From an uncultured Armatimonadia bacterium (GTDB taxonomy: Bacteria > Armatimonadota > Zipacnadia > CAVVLO01), in contig CAVVLO010000003.1 of the NCBI GenBank assembly GCA_963749155.1, forward strand, positions 448,001 through 512,000: a stretch of DNA of 64,000 nt. Reading direction: 5' to 3'. Under the pieces are notes generated by a model that was not told the DNA's origin, made no database searches, and saw only the letters and a program-made list of their open reading frames with translations. How positions within the stretch are numbered: the stretch's first letter is position 1; each line of letters starts with the position of its first letter. Shown here one piece after another: positions 19,909 through 30,813 of the stretch. The position numbers were made by a program, and so were the translations under genes.

Positions 19909-21042
19909 CTAGTCGAGTTCCCAATTGACCACCCAGGTATGGCCTGGCTCGCTTTCCGTATCGGTAGTGACCAGGGTAGTGGCAGTGGCTGTGTAGGTGT
20001 AGTTTCGAAGGGTTCCGAAATTGATGGTCATACTGCCCGATTCGCCACCGAACTGGCCATATTCGCCACCACACCATGCTGGGTTATACCTGCTGGCCTC
20101 GACGGATCCATCGGCAAAAAACAGGATGCCCTGCCCAGTAATGCCGACCGGCCAGTCAAAATAATCCGACAGGCTTGCCGGTGCAGCATCACGGGTGCAG
20201 CCAACGGCATACCACCAGGTACACAGAGCAGGATCCTGGGGATCGTTTTCCCAACCATATCCAAGCAGTGACAGCTCTATCGTATCGCCGCTCTTACTGA
20301 GGAAAGTAAGATGGGCTCCACCCATATCACTGATTGCGCGGATCTGATCTGATAGCGCAGGACTTTCTACTACGCCATCAACCAGCAACTGTTGCCCCTG
20401 ACACCACCAGGTGCCAGTGCCTCGCCTTAGAATCTGATGGTCATCAAGCTCCCGGAAGAATCCCATGCCGCCTACTCTTGGCTGAAGCACCACCTGATCA
20501 GTTCCGGCGGGTGAACCTAAAATGGTCGTTATAGGCACAAGTGTACCGTTAACCCAGGCCTGAGACACATACCAGGAACGCATTACTGTGGGATCTCGCT
20601 CGGTCAGTTCAGCGATGCGCACGAAGCGCAGCAATACAGGATCCTCATCGTCATTGATAAAGTTGACATCCAGCACATAGCCGTAGCTGAAGTAGTCGAA
20701 CTCAATCAGATCGTCAAACTGAACCCAACCTTCTTGATCCATACCGAACCAGGTGCCTTCGCCAGTTTCTACGACACCCTCATTCACATCAAGGAAGTTT
20801 TGGGTTGCAGTCTCATCAGCTCTGAATTCGAGGGTCATATGAGTCGCGCCAAGTGGGAAGTCCATCCCATTGTATACAGGGGTCACGACTCCATCTACTT
20901 CCATATAGACGGGCATCCACACACCGAAGACGGTACTGTCGGGCTCCAGATCATCGCCCCCACCACCGCCCCCTCCCCCACAACCGGCAACAAGCAAACC
21001 GGCTACACCGAGTACAGCAAGCAACCACACAACTCGCCTCAT
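19909..21042 (-). CDS. Lipoprotein with three repeated lipocalin-like domains
   Basis: MRRVVWLLAVLGVAGLLVAG-C lipobox followed by a Gly8 linker; three ~115-aa units starting STVFGVW, PTVMRSW and PALCTWW. Confidence 0.7.
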   Translation of the reverse strand: MRRVVWLLAVLGVAGLLVAGCGGGGGGGGDDLEPDSTVFGVWMPVYMEVDGVVTPVYNGMDFPLGATHMTLEFRADETATQNFLDVNEGVVETGEGTWFGMDQEGWVQFDDLIEFDYFSYGYVLDVNFINDDEDPVLLRFVRIAELTERDPTVMRSWYVSQAWVNGTLVPITTILGSPAGTDQVVLQPRVGGMGFFRELDDHQILRRGTGTWWCQGQQLLVDGVVESPALSDQIRAISDMGGAHLTFLSKSGDTIELSLLGYGWENDPQDPALCTWWYAVGCTRDAAPASLSDYFDWPVGITGQGILFFADGSVEASRYNPAWCGGEYGQFGGESGSMTINFGTLRNYTYTATATTLVTTDTESEPGHTWVVNWELD

Positions 21043-21097
21043 CAGGACCACCTCAGTATAGTTTTTACACGGCCTCTCAGATCAACCGGACCGCCAG

Positions 21098-22737
21098 CTA
21101 GTGCGCATCAACCGGCAATTCGAATCCCACTGCTACTCCAAAGTGCTGCTCGCCAAGCTTGCTGGTCGTAAATAGAGCTACCTCGAGCCCTGTAAGCAAC
21201 TGGGAGGCAGGTAGCTGAACCTCAAGGGGAGTAATCCGCTGACCCTCTCGCGGGAAGAAGCGGATGGTTACCAAAGCCGAGGGGGGCAGCCCGTACAGAA
21301 AGGCCCGGATGGGCACCGAATAGCCTGGCGTCGTGACTCGAGGACACTCGACTACATAGCTCCAGGCAGGCAACTCACCGGTAAGCTGCAAACCCTCTGG
21401 ACCTCGACCTCGACCGGAAGTGTGCCATCCAAGGGCAGAGGCAGGTCACTTGCGCTTAAGAGCAGCTCTCCCTGGCGCGCTCCTATCAAACGCGCCTCCT
21501 GCCCTCCAACGCGCACAGTGCCCGCCCCGACTTGCCACGGTGTGCCCTCTGGCAATCTTAAAGTGCCAGGAAATTGCCACCGTAAACATGGGCCCAGCCC
21601 CTGATTATGCCCAGCTCAGAAGCAACTGCTCCTGTCGCAACGCGCGTCAGTTCAAGCCTGCCTCCATGACAGGGAAAGCTGAGCTTTCCGATTGCAGGCT
21701 CCTGGGCGAGGGTAACGGTGAAGAAGCCTGATTCGCTCTTGATATCCAAAAGCGAGCAAGCAGTACAGAGGAGCTTACCCTCAGAATCGTAGCACTCGAG
21801 GCTATTCAAACCCTCTCTAAACTCTTCCGCAAGGGTAATCTGCCCCTCAAGCGAGCTGAAGTCTGCCTGGATAAGGAAATCATCCACCGGGGGCAAGCCC
21901 CGCTTCTTGCGACGCTCTGTGGTGGCTTGCTCGCGTTCCTTCCAGAGCAGGCTTCGGATTTCCTGACCTTTCCTATGGATTTCTTCCAGCTCTACGCCAG
22001 GCTTCTGCTTAAGCGCATACAGCTCAATCAGCAGAGCCGTAAGTTTCTTGCGCCCTTCGGCGCTCAGCGCTGGAATCCCTTCCTCCTTGTCACCGGCCAT
22101 ATACTCGATCAAAGCTAACAGTAAATCAGCCACATCGAGACAATTGACCGCAGCCATCACCGCGCTGCCAAAAGCACTCTCAATTTCCTGATCTGGAGTG
22201 GTTATCCGTACTGTCGAAAGGACAGAATTAAAAGCGCGTATGATGCGCAGTATCGCTTCCTGGACCCATTTAGCGTCTGGATAGGTCTTGCTGGTTGCTT
22301 TACTCTTGACAGCAAGTTCCATAAGCTTTTTCAACCGGTCCACGCCGCGGGTCCAAGTTGCTTGGCTTTTTCAAGGGACTTGGCGAGTGTCAGCCATTCG
22401 GGGGGAGGGTCGAGGCACTTCATAACAGCCTTGTAGCAGCTCGCTCAAAGCCATTTTTTTGTATGCCTGAAGCTCTTCATTTTCCCGGCTGCCTGGCTTT
22501 GGTTCGGTTTTTGCCAGCTTGACGGCCTCTTTCAACTGCTCGATGGCCTGCTCAAATGTATTTCTGATCAGACTTCGCCCCATCGAGGTCAGTAGAGGTG
22601 GACAGGGCATCGGCCTTCTTCTGCAGCGAATCTACAAGCTTCTGAAGCTCTTCCTGTTCGGAGGCGAGGGCAAAGCCCGCGAAGCAAAAGGATAAAAGAC
22701 ACAGCCAAAGCAAGCAGCTCGAGAAGGCAAGTCGCAA
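21098..22737 (-). CDS. Hypothetical secreted protein, paralog B; about four frameshifts
   Basis: RBS GGAGGG, TTG start, signal peptide. Fragments 22552-22842, 22371-22610, 21558-22343, 21352-21555 and 21098-21391 align in order with paralog A (C.DV..LL....EYMA....GIP; PAW.Y...CP.VTTPG..VP......GLPP...KLG.Q.FG). Confidence 0.6.
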
Positions 22738-22905
22738 GAATACCCCTCCCGCATATCGGTATGGGACGTCCTGAGACAAAGGTGCCGTTATTCCTTTAAA
22801 CAAGCAGCGCAGGTTTCCTGCATAAGGGCTTGAACTTTTCACTCATCGGAGTAACGTCACGCCCGGCTGACAAGCTGTGAGCAAAACTTTCTGGAGGACT
22901 GCCAA

Positions 22906-24237
22906 ATGGCCAAGATTGCCTTTATCGGAACCGGGGAAGTCTAGGTTTCACCCAGGGTCTCGTGCGCGACCTGCTTACGTTCCCCGCTTTTCGAGATGCC
23001 GAGATAGCTCTTATGGACATCGACGAGGAGCGCCTGGGTTATAAAGCAGGCCGTCGACAAGATTGTAGAGGCGGGCAATTACCCGGCCAAGGTGTGGGCC
23101 ACCACCGACCGCGCGGAGGCCCTCAAGGGCGCCGACGGCGTCCTGTCAACCATCCTGCAGGGCGGCGTACAAGTCTTCCGCACCGACATCGAGATCCCCA
23201 AGAAGTATGGCGTGGACATCAATGTCGGCGACACGCGCGGCCCGTCGGGCATCTTCCGCGCCCTGCGCACGATCCCGGTGATGCTCGACATCGCGCGCGA
23301 CATCGAGCGCTACTGCCCCGACGCCATCTGTGCTCAACTACACCAACCCGATGGCGATGCTCTGCCGCGCTATGCAGGGGCGATGTCAAGATCTACGGGC
23401 CTCTGCCACAGCGTGCAGGGCACCGCCGGGATGCTGGCGCGACTGGATCGGCGCCCCGATGAACGAGATCACCTACATCTGCGCCGGCATCAACCACCAG
23501 GCCTGGTACCTGGACTACAAGTGGAACGGCAAGGATGCCTATCCGCTGCATCCGCGAAGCCGTCACGAGCGCCCCGAGATCTACAACGACGAGCAGGTGC
23601 GCAACGAGATGTTCCTGCACCTCGGACTACTACGTCACCGAGTCCAGCGGCCACAACTCGGAGTACAACTGCGTGGTTCCGCAAGCGGCCCGACCTCATC
23701 GAGAAATACTGCACCCACGGCACCGGCTGGAATCCCGGCCGACTATGCCTACATCCTCGACGCAGTACCTCGGAGCGCGAAGACCACGTGGCGGAGGAGA
23801 TCGAAGCTGGCTCGACCGAGCCGAGGTCGATCTCGAGCGCGGGCGACGAGTACGCCACCTACATCTTCAACGCCACCATCGGCGACGAGACGCATGTTCG
23901 AGTTCAACGGCAATGTGCGCAACTTCGGCCTCATCGACAACCTGCCCGAAGGCTGCTGCGTCGAGGTGCCCGTGCTCGCCTCGCAAGCGCGGGCTCAAGC
24001 CGATGCACGTCGGCCCGCTGCCCGACGCAGCTCGCGGCCTCACGAACGGTCAACGCCCAGTGCGAGGAGCTGGCGGTCGAGGCCTCGCTCGAGGGCGACC
24101 GTCGCAAGGTGTTCCACGCGATGTGCTTCGATCCGCTGACCAGCGCCGTGCTTAGCCTCGAGGAGATCAAGTCGATGGTGGACGAGATGTTCGAGGCTAA
24201 CAAGGACTATCTGACAACCTTCAAGCACCTCAACTAG
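22906..24237 (+). CDS. melA: NAD+-dependent family 4 glycoside hydrolase (alpha-galactosidase MelA-like); many frameshifts
   Basis: [16 protein letters not shown]..; [23 protein letters not shown]...[83 protein letters not shown], distributed over three frames. Confidence 0.85.
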
Positions 24238-24263
24238 GCCCCAATATCAGCTCGGGAAACAGG

Positions 24264-24299
24264 AAACGCCCCTCTTTCGGGAGGGCGCTTTTTTCTTTT
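24264..24299 (+). terminator. Rho-independent terminator after the GH4 gene
   Basis: CGCCC(C)TC-loop-GAGGGCG hairpin followed by TTTTTTCTTTT. Confidence 0.7.
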
Positions 24300-24343
24300 G
24301 GGGAATCTATCCGAAGCCATCAGGCGGACAAAGTCGTTGGTAT

Positions 24344-24389
24344 TTGACATTTTGTCGGCATATATGGATAATTGGACACAATATGTCAA
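24344..24389 (+). promoter_or_regulatory. abiE promoter overlapped by an inverted-repeat operator
   Basis: TTGACA (24344-24349), 17 bp spacer, GATAAT (24367-24372). Inverted repeat TTGACATTTTG (24344-24354) / CAATATGTCAA (24379-24389), 10 of 11 matching. Confidence 0.7.
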
Positions 24390-25005
24390 GTGTCGGAGAA
24401 AGCAATACTAGAAAACATATGGTCCTGCAAGCGCTTCATGAGCGAGGGATTATGCGATCCTCTGAACTCGAAGCGCTTGGCATCTCGCGCGAATACCTTC
24501 GACAACTCCGCACTCGCGGTGTTATCGAGCGGGTAGGACATGGGCTGTACAGGCTGCGGGCGAGCGAGCTTACAGTTCACCACAGTCTGGTCGAAGCAAG
24601 TCGCCGCGTCCCTCACGGCACGATCTGTCTTCTTTCTGCGCTGCGCTACCATCAGGTGACAACCCAATCTCCCCACGAGGTCTGGGTAGCGGTCGACCGT
24701 AAAGCGCGGCATCCTCAAATCAAGGACTTCCCGATTTACCGGATTCTCAGCTTCTCTGGGCCTCGCCCTGACAGAAGGGCTCGAAGAGCACCTGATTGAG
24801 GGAGTCCCAGTCCGGGTCTGATTCCCTGGCAAAAACCGTAGCTGACTGCTTCAAATATCGCAACAAGATTGGTCTGGATGTGGCACTTGAAGCGCTACGC
24901 GAAGCACTGCGCGCTAAACGTATCTCAGTGGATAGGCTGTGGCTCTATGCGAAAATCTGCCGTGTAGCCAAAGTTATTCGTCCCTATCTGGAAGCGATGG
25001 CATGA
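24383..25005 (+). CDS. abiEi: Type IV toxin-antitoxin AbiEi antitoxin / regulator; frameshift(s) near 24740-24830
   Basis: wHTH GIMRSSELEALGISREYLRQL...IERVGHGLY; ICLLSALRYHQVTTQSPHEVWVAV; KTVADCFKYRNKIGLDVALEALRE...YAKICRV.KVIRPYLEA. The start could also be 24419. Confidence 0.85.
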
Positions 25006-25959
25006 CCTCGGGAAGGCCGCGCAACCTGCCAGCCTCGATTCGTCAGCGACTCTACAATCTCTCACGTGATCGGCATCAAGACTTCGGCCTGGTACTCAAC
25101 CAATATGCTATTGAGAGACTGTTGGTCCGGCTCTGCCAGTCGCCATACGCCCAGCAATTCACCCTCAAGGACGCCCAGCTCATCGCCCAGTGGATGGAGA
25201 CGCTCATTATCGTCCTACTCGTGACCTTGATCTACTGCATGAGGGCATAGCGATGCCGAAGCCTTGGCAACGATTCTTCGTGAGGTCAGCTCTCGGCGTA
25301 GTAGTCCAGAGGATGGCATCTCTTTCCTGGCTGACTCCGTTCGGGCCGAGGTGATTCGCGAGGACACTGTCTATGAGGGCGTCCGCCTTGGCCTTCAATA
25401 CAAACTTGGAAGCATAACTGATGCGCTGCAGATCGACATAGGGGTAGGCGACACAGTGACACCCAGGCCAGACCTCGTCTCCTTGCCCTCGATGCTTGGT
25501 TTTCCTTCCGTCCAGATGCGAGCTTATCCAAGGGAAACAGTTATCGCCGAAAAACTCGAGGCGATGGTGACGCTGGGTATCAGAAACAACCGGATGAAAG
25601 ACTTCTATGATGTGTGGACGCTCTCTGGCTCGTTTGCCTTCAAGGGCCGAGTGCTGTTAGAGGCGATAGGCGCAACGTTCCGAAGGCGACGCACTGAAAT
25701 ACCACCTTCCCTTCCCTTGGCACTGTCGTCAGAATTCTGGCAAGACGAGGCCAAGCAAGCTCAATGGCGGGCCTTCGTCAGGCGCGTGGGCCTTGAAGGC
25801 GAACCGTCCAATCTTGAACGAGTTATCCTGGAATTGCAGACTTTTCTTGGCCCGGTATCGGAAGCCCTTGCCGCCAATCAAGGCTATCTTCAGGACTGGA
25901 CCGCGGCTGAGGGCTGGCGTGTCACCAGTCCTGATCCTGAGAACGAAACCTCAACCTAG
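25002..25959 (+). CDS. abiEii: Type IV TA AbiEii nucleotidyltransferase toxin; frameshift(s) near 25200-25260
   Basis: ATGA overlap with abiEi; NLPASIRQRLYNL, YAIERLL.RL..S.Y...FTLK, LQIDIGVGD, YPRETVIAEKLEAMV.LG..N.RMKDFYD. Confidence 0.85.
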
Positions 25960-25965
25960 GCCGAC

Positions 25966-27076
25966 TCACTCCAGCGGTAGTCCGGTGACCTCCAAATCGC
26001 GCGCGACGAGGTAGTGGGGGCTTGCTGGCGGCTCATGACCGAAATCGTGGCTATAACAATAGTAGAGGCGTCCCTTCAGCCGGTCGGCACTGGCCTCTTC
26101 CACCACCAGAGTCGGGTGGAAGGCCATCTCCCTCTTCGGCCAGGGGATGACGAGAGACTTCAGCACCTGGAAGGGAGGGGCCCATTTGAGACCATCAGCC
26201 GAGGTAGACAGGTAGATGCCACTCTTGTCGGCGACTCCGGGGCCTAGCTCCTTCCCCACGACCACGCAGAAGACCATCACATAGCGGTCCATCGCGGCCA
26301 CATACTGCGCATGCGGGGTAAGCGCTGCGCCGCCGAGAGGCGCGCGCCGGAGAGGATGAGCTCATCTTTGCCGCCAAGGCCTGGCTCGGTGAAGTCGCCT
26401 TGATAATACTTCAGCCAACTGCCAGGCAGGCCGGCGCTCTCGAGGGGAGAGCGCGCAACGCAGAGGCCAATGCCGCGCCCACCGGCCTTGCTGTGGTCGG
26501 TGTAATAACAGAGGAGCCACTTGCCCGTCTTGTCGGGCAGCAGAGCTGCCCTTCACCGATGCCCTGGTCGGAGCTGCCCTGGGGCGACTTGGGAAGCTGA
26601 CTGGTCAGCGCCTGACCGAGTTTCTGAAAGGTCAGCCCGTCATCGTCCGACACCGCGCACCCGATGGAGCTGTAATAGCCTGGCACACCACTTGGGATGA
26701 GGGGCATATCCTCCTGGTCCTCGGCGTGGTAGAGGGCCGTCAGCCGCCCGGTGGCGGGGTCGCGCCAGGCGCCGAAGAGGCCCGCGTAGCCGTTGTCGAA
26801 CTCCCCCGGCCGCCCGGCCGCAACACCTCGGCAACGGGCGTCAGTTGCTCGAAGCTCGGGCCGGTCAGCAGGTGGGTGGTGATGCCCGCGACGACCAGTA
26901 CGCGCAGATTAGGTTCCGGCTGAAGCACCACCAGCGGCTCATCGGGGAAATAGTGCAATCCCGCCTGCGCCGTCGGGCAGGACGGTCTCCTGAGAGCCGA
27001 GGATGACCTCGGGCGCAGCGTCAGCCCCTTTAGTCAACCATAGGCAGATCGCCAGGACCAGCAACAGTGCTTTCAC
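25966..27076 (-). CDS. Exported beta-propeller glycosidase-like protein (Asp-box type); multiple frameshifts
   Basis: GTG start after AGAGGTGAGAGG and a signal peptide; fragments HYFPDEPL, YYSSIGCAVSDDDGLTFQKLG, QGIGE, GIYLSTSADGLKW. Confidence 0.55.
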
Positions 27077-27089
27077 GCCTCTCACCTCT

Positions 27090-28406
27090 TTACCTTAGTT
27101 TCTCAGCAGGGACAGCGAGCCCTGCAGGGGGCCAGATTCTCGCCCTCATTAATTCCGAGTTCGCCACCCACATCAGGAAGAAAGGCTCCTCTGCCTTCCG
27201 CAGCTTCAGCGCGATGAGGAATGGCCGGTCGAAGGTGAAATGGCGGGGCGCGCAGCCTGGATATGCCCCTGCCGTAGACTCTACCAAGGCTCCACTGGCC
27301 GTCAAGCTGAAGCCCACCTGCTGATAGAGATAGTAGGGATTGACCTTCCATTCAGGTTTTCCGGGCGTATCGACCTTCAGTAGCCAAAGCTTGTCCAGTT
27401 GGAAAGCGATCACCGGCACTGTCAGAGTGTCGGTTTGCTTGAACCCCCAGTAGGCTTTGTTAGTCTGGTGTTTCGTCGACCACTCGGTCGCCAGCTTCTC
27501 GCTGGCCTGCCAGGTCGCTTCAAGGGTCGCCTTCGATGGTACTTGAGCGAGTATCACTTGTATTGTCGGATTGTCCGCAGCCAGGTCGAGGACCATCTCC
27601 AGGTCTAGACCTGGGTTACCAAGGACGTAATCTGCATTAGTGTAAAGTATGCGCACATGCTCGCGAACCTCAGCTTTGGCTAATGCGGTCAGGTCGTCAA
27701 TCCCAAAACATGACACCTGCACCGGCTTGCCGTCCACCCCTGGGAAGGAGAGCTCTCGGGGTTCTTCTTTGAAGGCAGGATTGAAAACGGCCCCTCCTCG
27801 CAGGTAGGCAAGCGAGAGGAAGCCTTGCAGTGTTGGGTCATACTCGGGCAGCCTGGGCGCGGACGCATCGGGAAACTTGGCCTGCAGTTCCTTCGTCAAC
27901 TTCGGTAATAACTTCTCGTCCGGCAACTCGCCGAAGCCGAGGTAATACCAGTTCTCTGGAAGCGAGGCTTTGGCTGGTGGGGCGGTATTGAGCTGCTGCG
28001 CCAGCTCGGGCTGTTCTGGCAGAAAGAGAGTACCTGTTTTAAGGTGCCTCTGGGCTTCCTGCCAGGCCAGCTCGAAGGAGGAGCACCAGACCAGGTTTTT
28101 ACCCTCTGCCAGCTGTACCTGAGGCGTGAAGGCCAACTGCGTGCCCTTCAGATCCGCTGCCGGTCCGTTGTACACATAACCAGCAGGTTTAGGCACCCCA
28201 ACAGGACGTGCCAGTCTGGTCCGCATAGAAAACCAGAAGGCATCCCAGCGTTCTGAGATTGCCTGCGAGACGTCATCAGTAGCCATCTCCAGCCGGTGTT
28301 TCACTGATATATGCGAATTCCCGGACCATTCGCTCTTAATCGAGATTAACCCCAGTCCGACTAGCAGGCAGAGCCCGACCACCACCAAGGTACGTCTCTG
28401 CTTCAT
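27090..28406 (-). CDS. Membrane-anchored serpin-like protein (array gene 7 in transcription order)
   Basis: N-terminal TM; KNLVWCSSFELAW, FNPAF......F...DG..V.V..FG, TLTVPVIAF, FSLTASGALVES...HFTFDRPFLIALK.....PFFLMWVAN, colinear with serpin s6B/hB, gate, s6A, hinge and s1C-s4B-s5B motifs. Confidence 0.75.
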   Translation of the reverse strand: MKQRRTLVVVGLCLLVGLGLISIKSEWSGNSHISVKHRLEMATDDVSQAISERWDAFWFSMRTRLARPVGVPKPAGYVYNGPAADLKGTQLAFTPQVQLAEGKNLVWCSSFELAWQEAQRHLKTGTLFLPEQPELAQQLNTAPPAKASLPENWYYLGFGELPDEKLLPKLTKELQAKFPDASAPRLPEYDPTLQGFLSLAYLRGGAVFNPAFKEEPRELSFPGVDGKPVQVSCFGIDDLTALAKAEVREHVRILYTNADYVLGNPGLDLEMVLDLAADNPTIQVILAQVPSKATLEATWQASEKLATEWSTKHQTNKAYWGFKQTDTLTVPVIAFQLDKLWLLKVDTPGKPEWKVNPYYLYQQVGFSLTASGALVESTAGAYPGCAPRHFTFDRPFLIALKLRKAEEPFFLMWVANSELMRARIWPPAGLAVPAEKLR

Positions 28407-28411
28407 CCCCC

Positions 28412-29656
28412 TCACCTCTTCCTCATCAGCTCGGCGTTCGCCACCCACATCAGGAAGAAAGGCTCCTCCGCCTTCCGCAGCTTCAGCGCGATGAGGAAAG
28501 GCCGGTCGAAGAAAAGTCTCGCGCAGGCGACATACCGGCCGGGAGCGCTGGTCGCAACAGAGCCGACAATCGCTCCACTTGCCGTCAGATTGAAACCGAT
28601 GCGCTGGTAGAGGTCGTACGGGACAAAGGCGCCAGCCGGATTGTCGGGGGTCCGTAGTCCGAGTTCCATCAGCTTGTCGAGTTGGAAAGCGAGCGTCGGG
28701 ACGAGTATAGACTCGTCATCCGCGAGGGCCGTGTAGTCCTCGTTGCGCCGGTACTTCCACTTGGCGGCCTTCTCCTCGACGACCCGCCAGGTGGCTTGAA
28801 GGCTGTCGGCGGGCTCCTCAGCGGCGAGAATCACGGCAACATCAGGGTTGTCAGCTGCAAGATCCACGGCAAAGGTGCCGAGAGGTGGGCATTCTGCCGA
28901 GGCCCTCCATCCCCCGTATAACACCTTCACATGGCGCCGTACCGCCTCGGAAACCGGTGGGCCATAGTCGCAGATCCCGAAACAGTCTACCTGGACGGAT
29001 TTGCCTGAGAGAGCAGGGAAGCTAAGCGCCCCAGGATTTTCCTCGAAGGGCGGGTTAAACACCGCGCCACCGCGTAGATAGGCGAGTGAGATGAAACCGG
29101 GCAGCGTGGGGTCACCAGGCCACTCAATCTCGCCCACATCGGGGAACCTGGCCTTCAGCTCGGTGATCAATCGCGTTGGCAAGTCCGGATCCGGAGTTCT
29201 GCCAAAGCCAGTGTAGTACCATTCTTCAGGCAACGAAGCCTTCGCCGGCGGAGCGGAGTTGAGCTGGGCGGTCAGCTCCGGCTCGTTTTGCAGAGCCAGC
29301 TTGCCTTGGGGGAAGTGCGCGTTCGCCTCCTGCCAGGCCATCACCATACTGGAGCACCAGAGGGTGTTCATCGTTTTGTCCAGTGGCAACCCGGACGAGA
29401 AGACAATATCCGTCGCCTTGAGCCTTTGCACGTCGCCCTGGACGCCAAAGCTCGCCGGATTCGGCGGCACCGCAAGCTTCCGCAGCACCGCTTGCTCAGG
29501 CGGCGGCGCGGGCGACTCGGGATGATGCTTGAGCCCCTCAAGCCACAGGTGTATCGTCTTTAGCCCACCGTGAGATCTCGGCCCTGCCGCCTTCACCACG
29601 ATGAATACAGTCAGGATACATAACACCAAAAGTACCAAGGCTTCTTTTCGTGTCAT
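28412..29656 (-). CDS. Membrane-anchored serpin-like protein (array gene 6)
   Basis: TM; NTLWCSSMVMAWQE ... FNLTASGAIVGS...LFFDRPFLIALK...FFLMWVANAELMRKR. Confidence 0.75.
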   Translation of the reverse strand: MTRKEALVLLVLCILTVFIVVKAAGPRSHGGLKTIHLWLEGLKHHPESPAPPPEQAVLRKLAVPPNPASFGVQGDVQRLKATDIVFSSGLPLDKTMNTLWCSSMVMAWQEANAHFPQGKLALQNEPELTAQLNSAPPAKASLPEEWYYTGFGRTPDPDLPTRLITELKARFPDVGEIEWPGDPTLPGFISLAYLRGGAVFNPPFEENPGALSFPALSGKSVQVDCFGICDYGPPVSEAVRRHVKVLYGGWRASAECPPLGTFAVDLAADNPDVAVILAAEEPADSLQATWRVVEEKAAKWKYRRNEDYTALADDESILVPTLAFQLDKLMELGLRTPDNPAGAFVPYDLYQRIGFNLTASGAIVGSVATSAPGRYVACARLFFDRPFLIALKLRKAEEPFFLMWVANAELMRKR

Positions 29657-29661
29657 ATTTA

Positions 29662-30807
29662 TCACCTCTTCCTCATCAGTTCGGCGTTATCCACCCACAT
29701 TACAAAGTAGGGCTCCGGGGCGCCTCGCACCTTCATATACAGCAGGAAAGGCCCATCCAGCACAAAGGGCAGCGATTCCGACTTGAACGCGTGTCTGGCG
29801 CTTACGCGAAGCTTCGCACCAGTCCTGTCGAGATCAAACTGGAGGACCTCCCCGGACTCGACCAGGGGAAGACCGCGGCCAGCCTCGTTTAGCAGGGCCC
29901 TGCCCTCCAGTTCTTTGAAACGCTTCTCGATGCGGAAGTGGAACTCCGGCACGCCCAGCACTTCATCAGAGAACTCGCGTTGAGCTTCAGGCGTTGACCG
30001 GCGATTGCACTCCTCGAGCGTTGCCCTCAGCGTCCTGCCGGGTAAGATTTTGGCCACCACAATCTGGCTGGGCTGGCTGCGAGTATTCAGGTCCAACGCC
30101 CAGGACTCCCCACGCCCTTCCATAAACAGGAACTGCGCTTGCTCGCGTATGTCGAAGAAACCCGAGGTGTCCTTTGGACGTAATCCGAAGGCGCCAACTC
30201 GCCTTGTGGCGCCTTGGCTGTCGGTGAACTTGAACTTCTTGCCCCAGTCGTTGTAAGGCGGGTCGAAGGGCACCTGGGCCGTGAGACCCGCCCAGGAGGC
30301 GAGGTCGCCCGGCTCCAGAGTCGTGTCAAAGCCCGGCAGGTCTCGAAAAGCCTCGGACCGCTGCCCCAAGACCTTTGTTACCTTAGCGCCATCGCCACCG
30401 ACAGCCCAGTAACCGCCATCTGGCAGCCAGGTCTTCTCGAAGTGGCTCGCGTTGAGCTGCCTGGCCAGTTCAGGATCGCCTTCGAGCTTCACCGGCTCCC
30501 CGTTCAGCGCCTGGTCACGTAGCTCTTGCCAGGCCATCTCATAGGCGGCGCACCAGATTATGTTTTTGCCGGGCGCAAGCGGGGCGTCGAGAGTGCCCAC
30601 CACCTCGGTTCGGGGTAGCTCATCTGCCGATTTGGCAATCACCGGCGCAGGACGCAGGCTCCCCCAGGATATGGAAAAGGGAATTGGTTTGAGACTCAAC
30701 GCCATAATTAGCCAGATGTAGAGGAAGGGTGCTAGCAAGGCCACGAGACAAGCACAGCCACACCTGTTCCCCCACGGCTTGCCCTCTCTGGTTGGAGGCT
30801 CGTGCAT
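29662..30807 (-). CDS. Membrane-anchored serpin-like protein (array gene 5)
   Basis: CGCAC plus TM; KNIIWCAAYEMAWQE, LGVPEFHFRIEK, FDLDRTGAKL...FVLDGPFLLYMK...PYFVMWVDNAELMRKR. Confidence 0.75.
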   Translation of the reverse strand: MHEPPTREGKPWGNRCGCACLVALLAPFLYIWLIMALSLKPIPFSISWGSLRPAPVIAKSADELPRTEVVGTLDAPLAPGKNIIWCAAYEMAWQELRDQALNGEPVKLEGDPELARQLNASHFEKTWLPDGGYWAVGGDGAKVTKVLGQRSEAFRDLPGFDTTLEPGDLASWAGLTAQVPFDPPYNDWGKKFKFTDSQGATRRVGAFGLRPKDTSGFFDIREQAQFLFMEGRGESWALDLNTRSQPSQIVVAKILPGRTLRATLEECNRRSTPEAQREFSDEVLGVPEFHFRIEKRFKELEGRALLNEAGRGLPLVESGEVLQFDLDRTGAKLRVSARHAFKSESLPFVLDGPFLLYMKVRGAPEPYFVMWVDNAELMRKR

Positions 30808-30813
30808 CCCAGT

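Noticed and set aside
21000..21051. GTG start at 21051 and the Gly8 run of the lipoprotein as a phase-variable tract
   Set aside because: The ATG at 21042 has a better RBS (GAGGTG), and the downstream Gly codons are mixed, so there is no long homopolymer.
28407..28448. Conserved N-terminal extension MGGERRADEEEV (also 33115-33156 and near 30850)
   Set aside because: It is the alternative-frame reading of the upstream gene's conserved tail; the real starts lie just after the AGGTGA motif.
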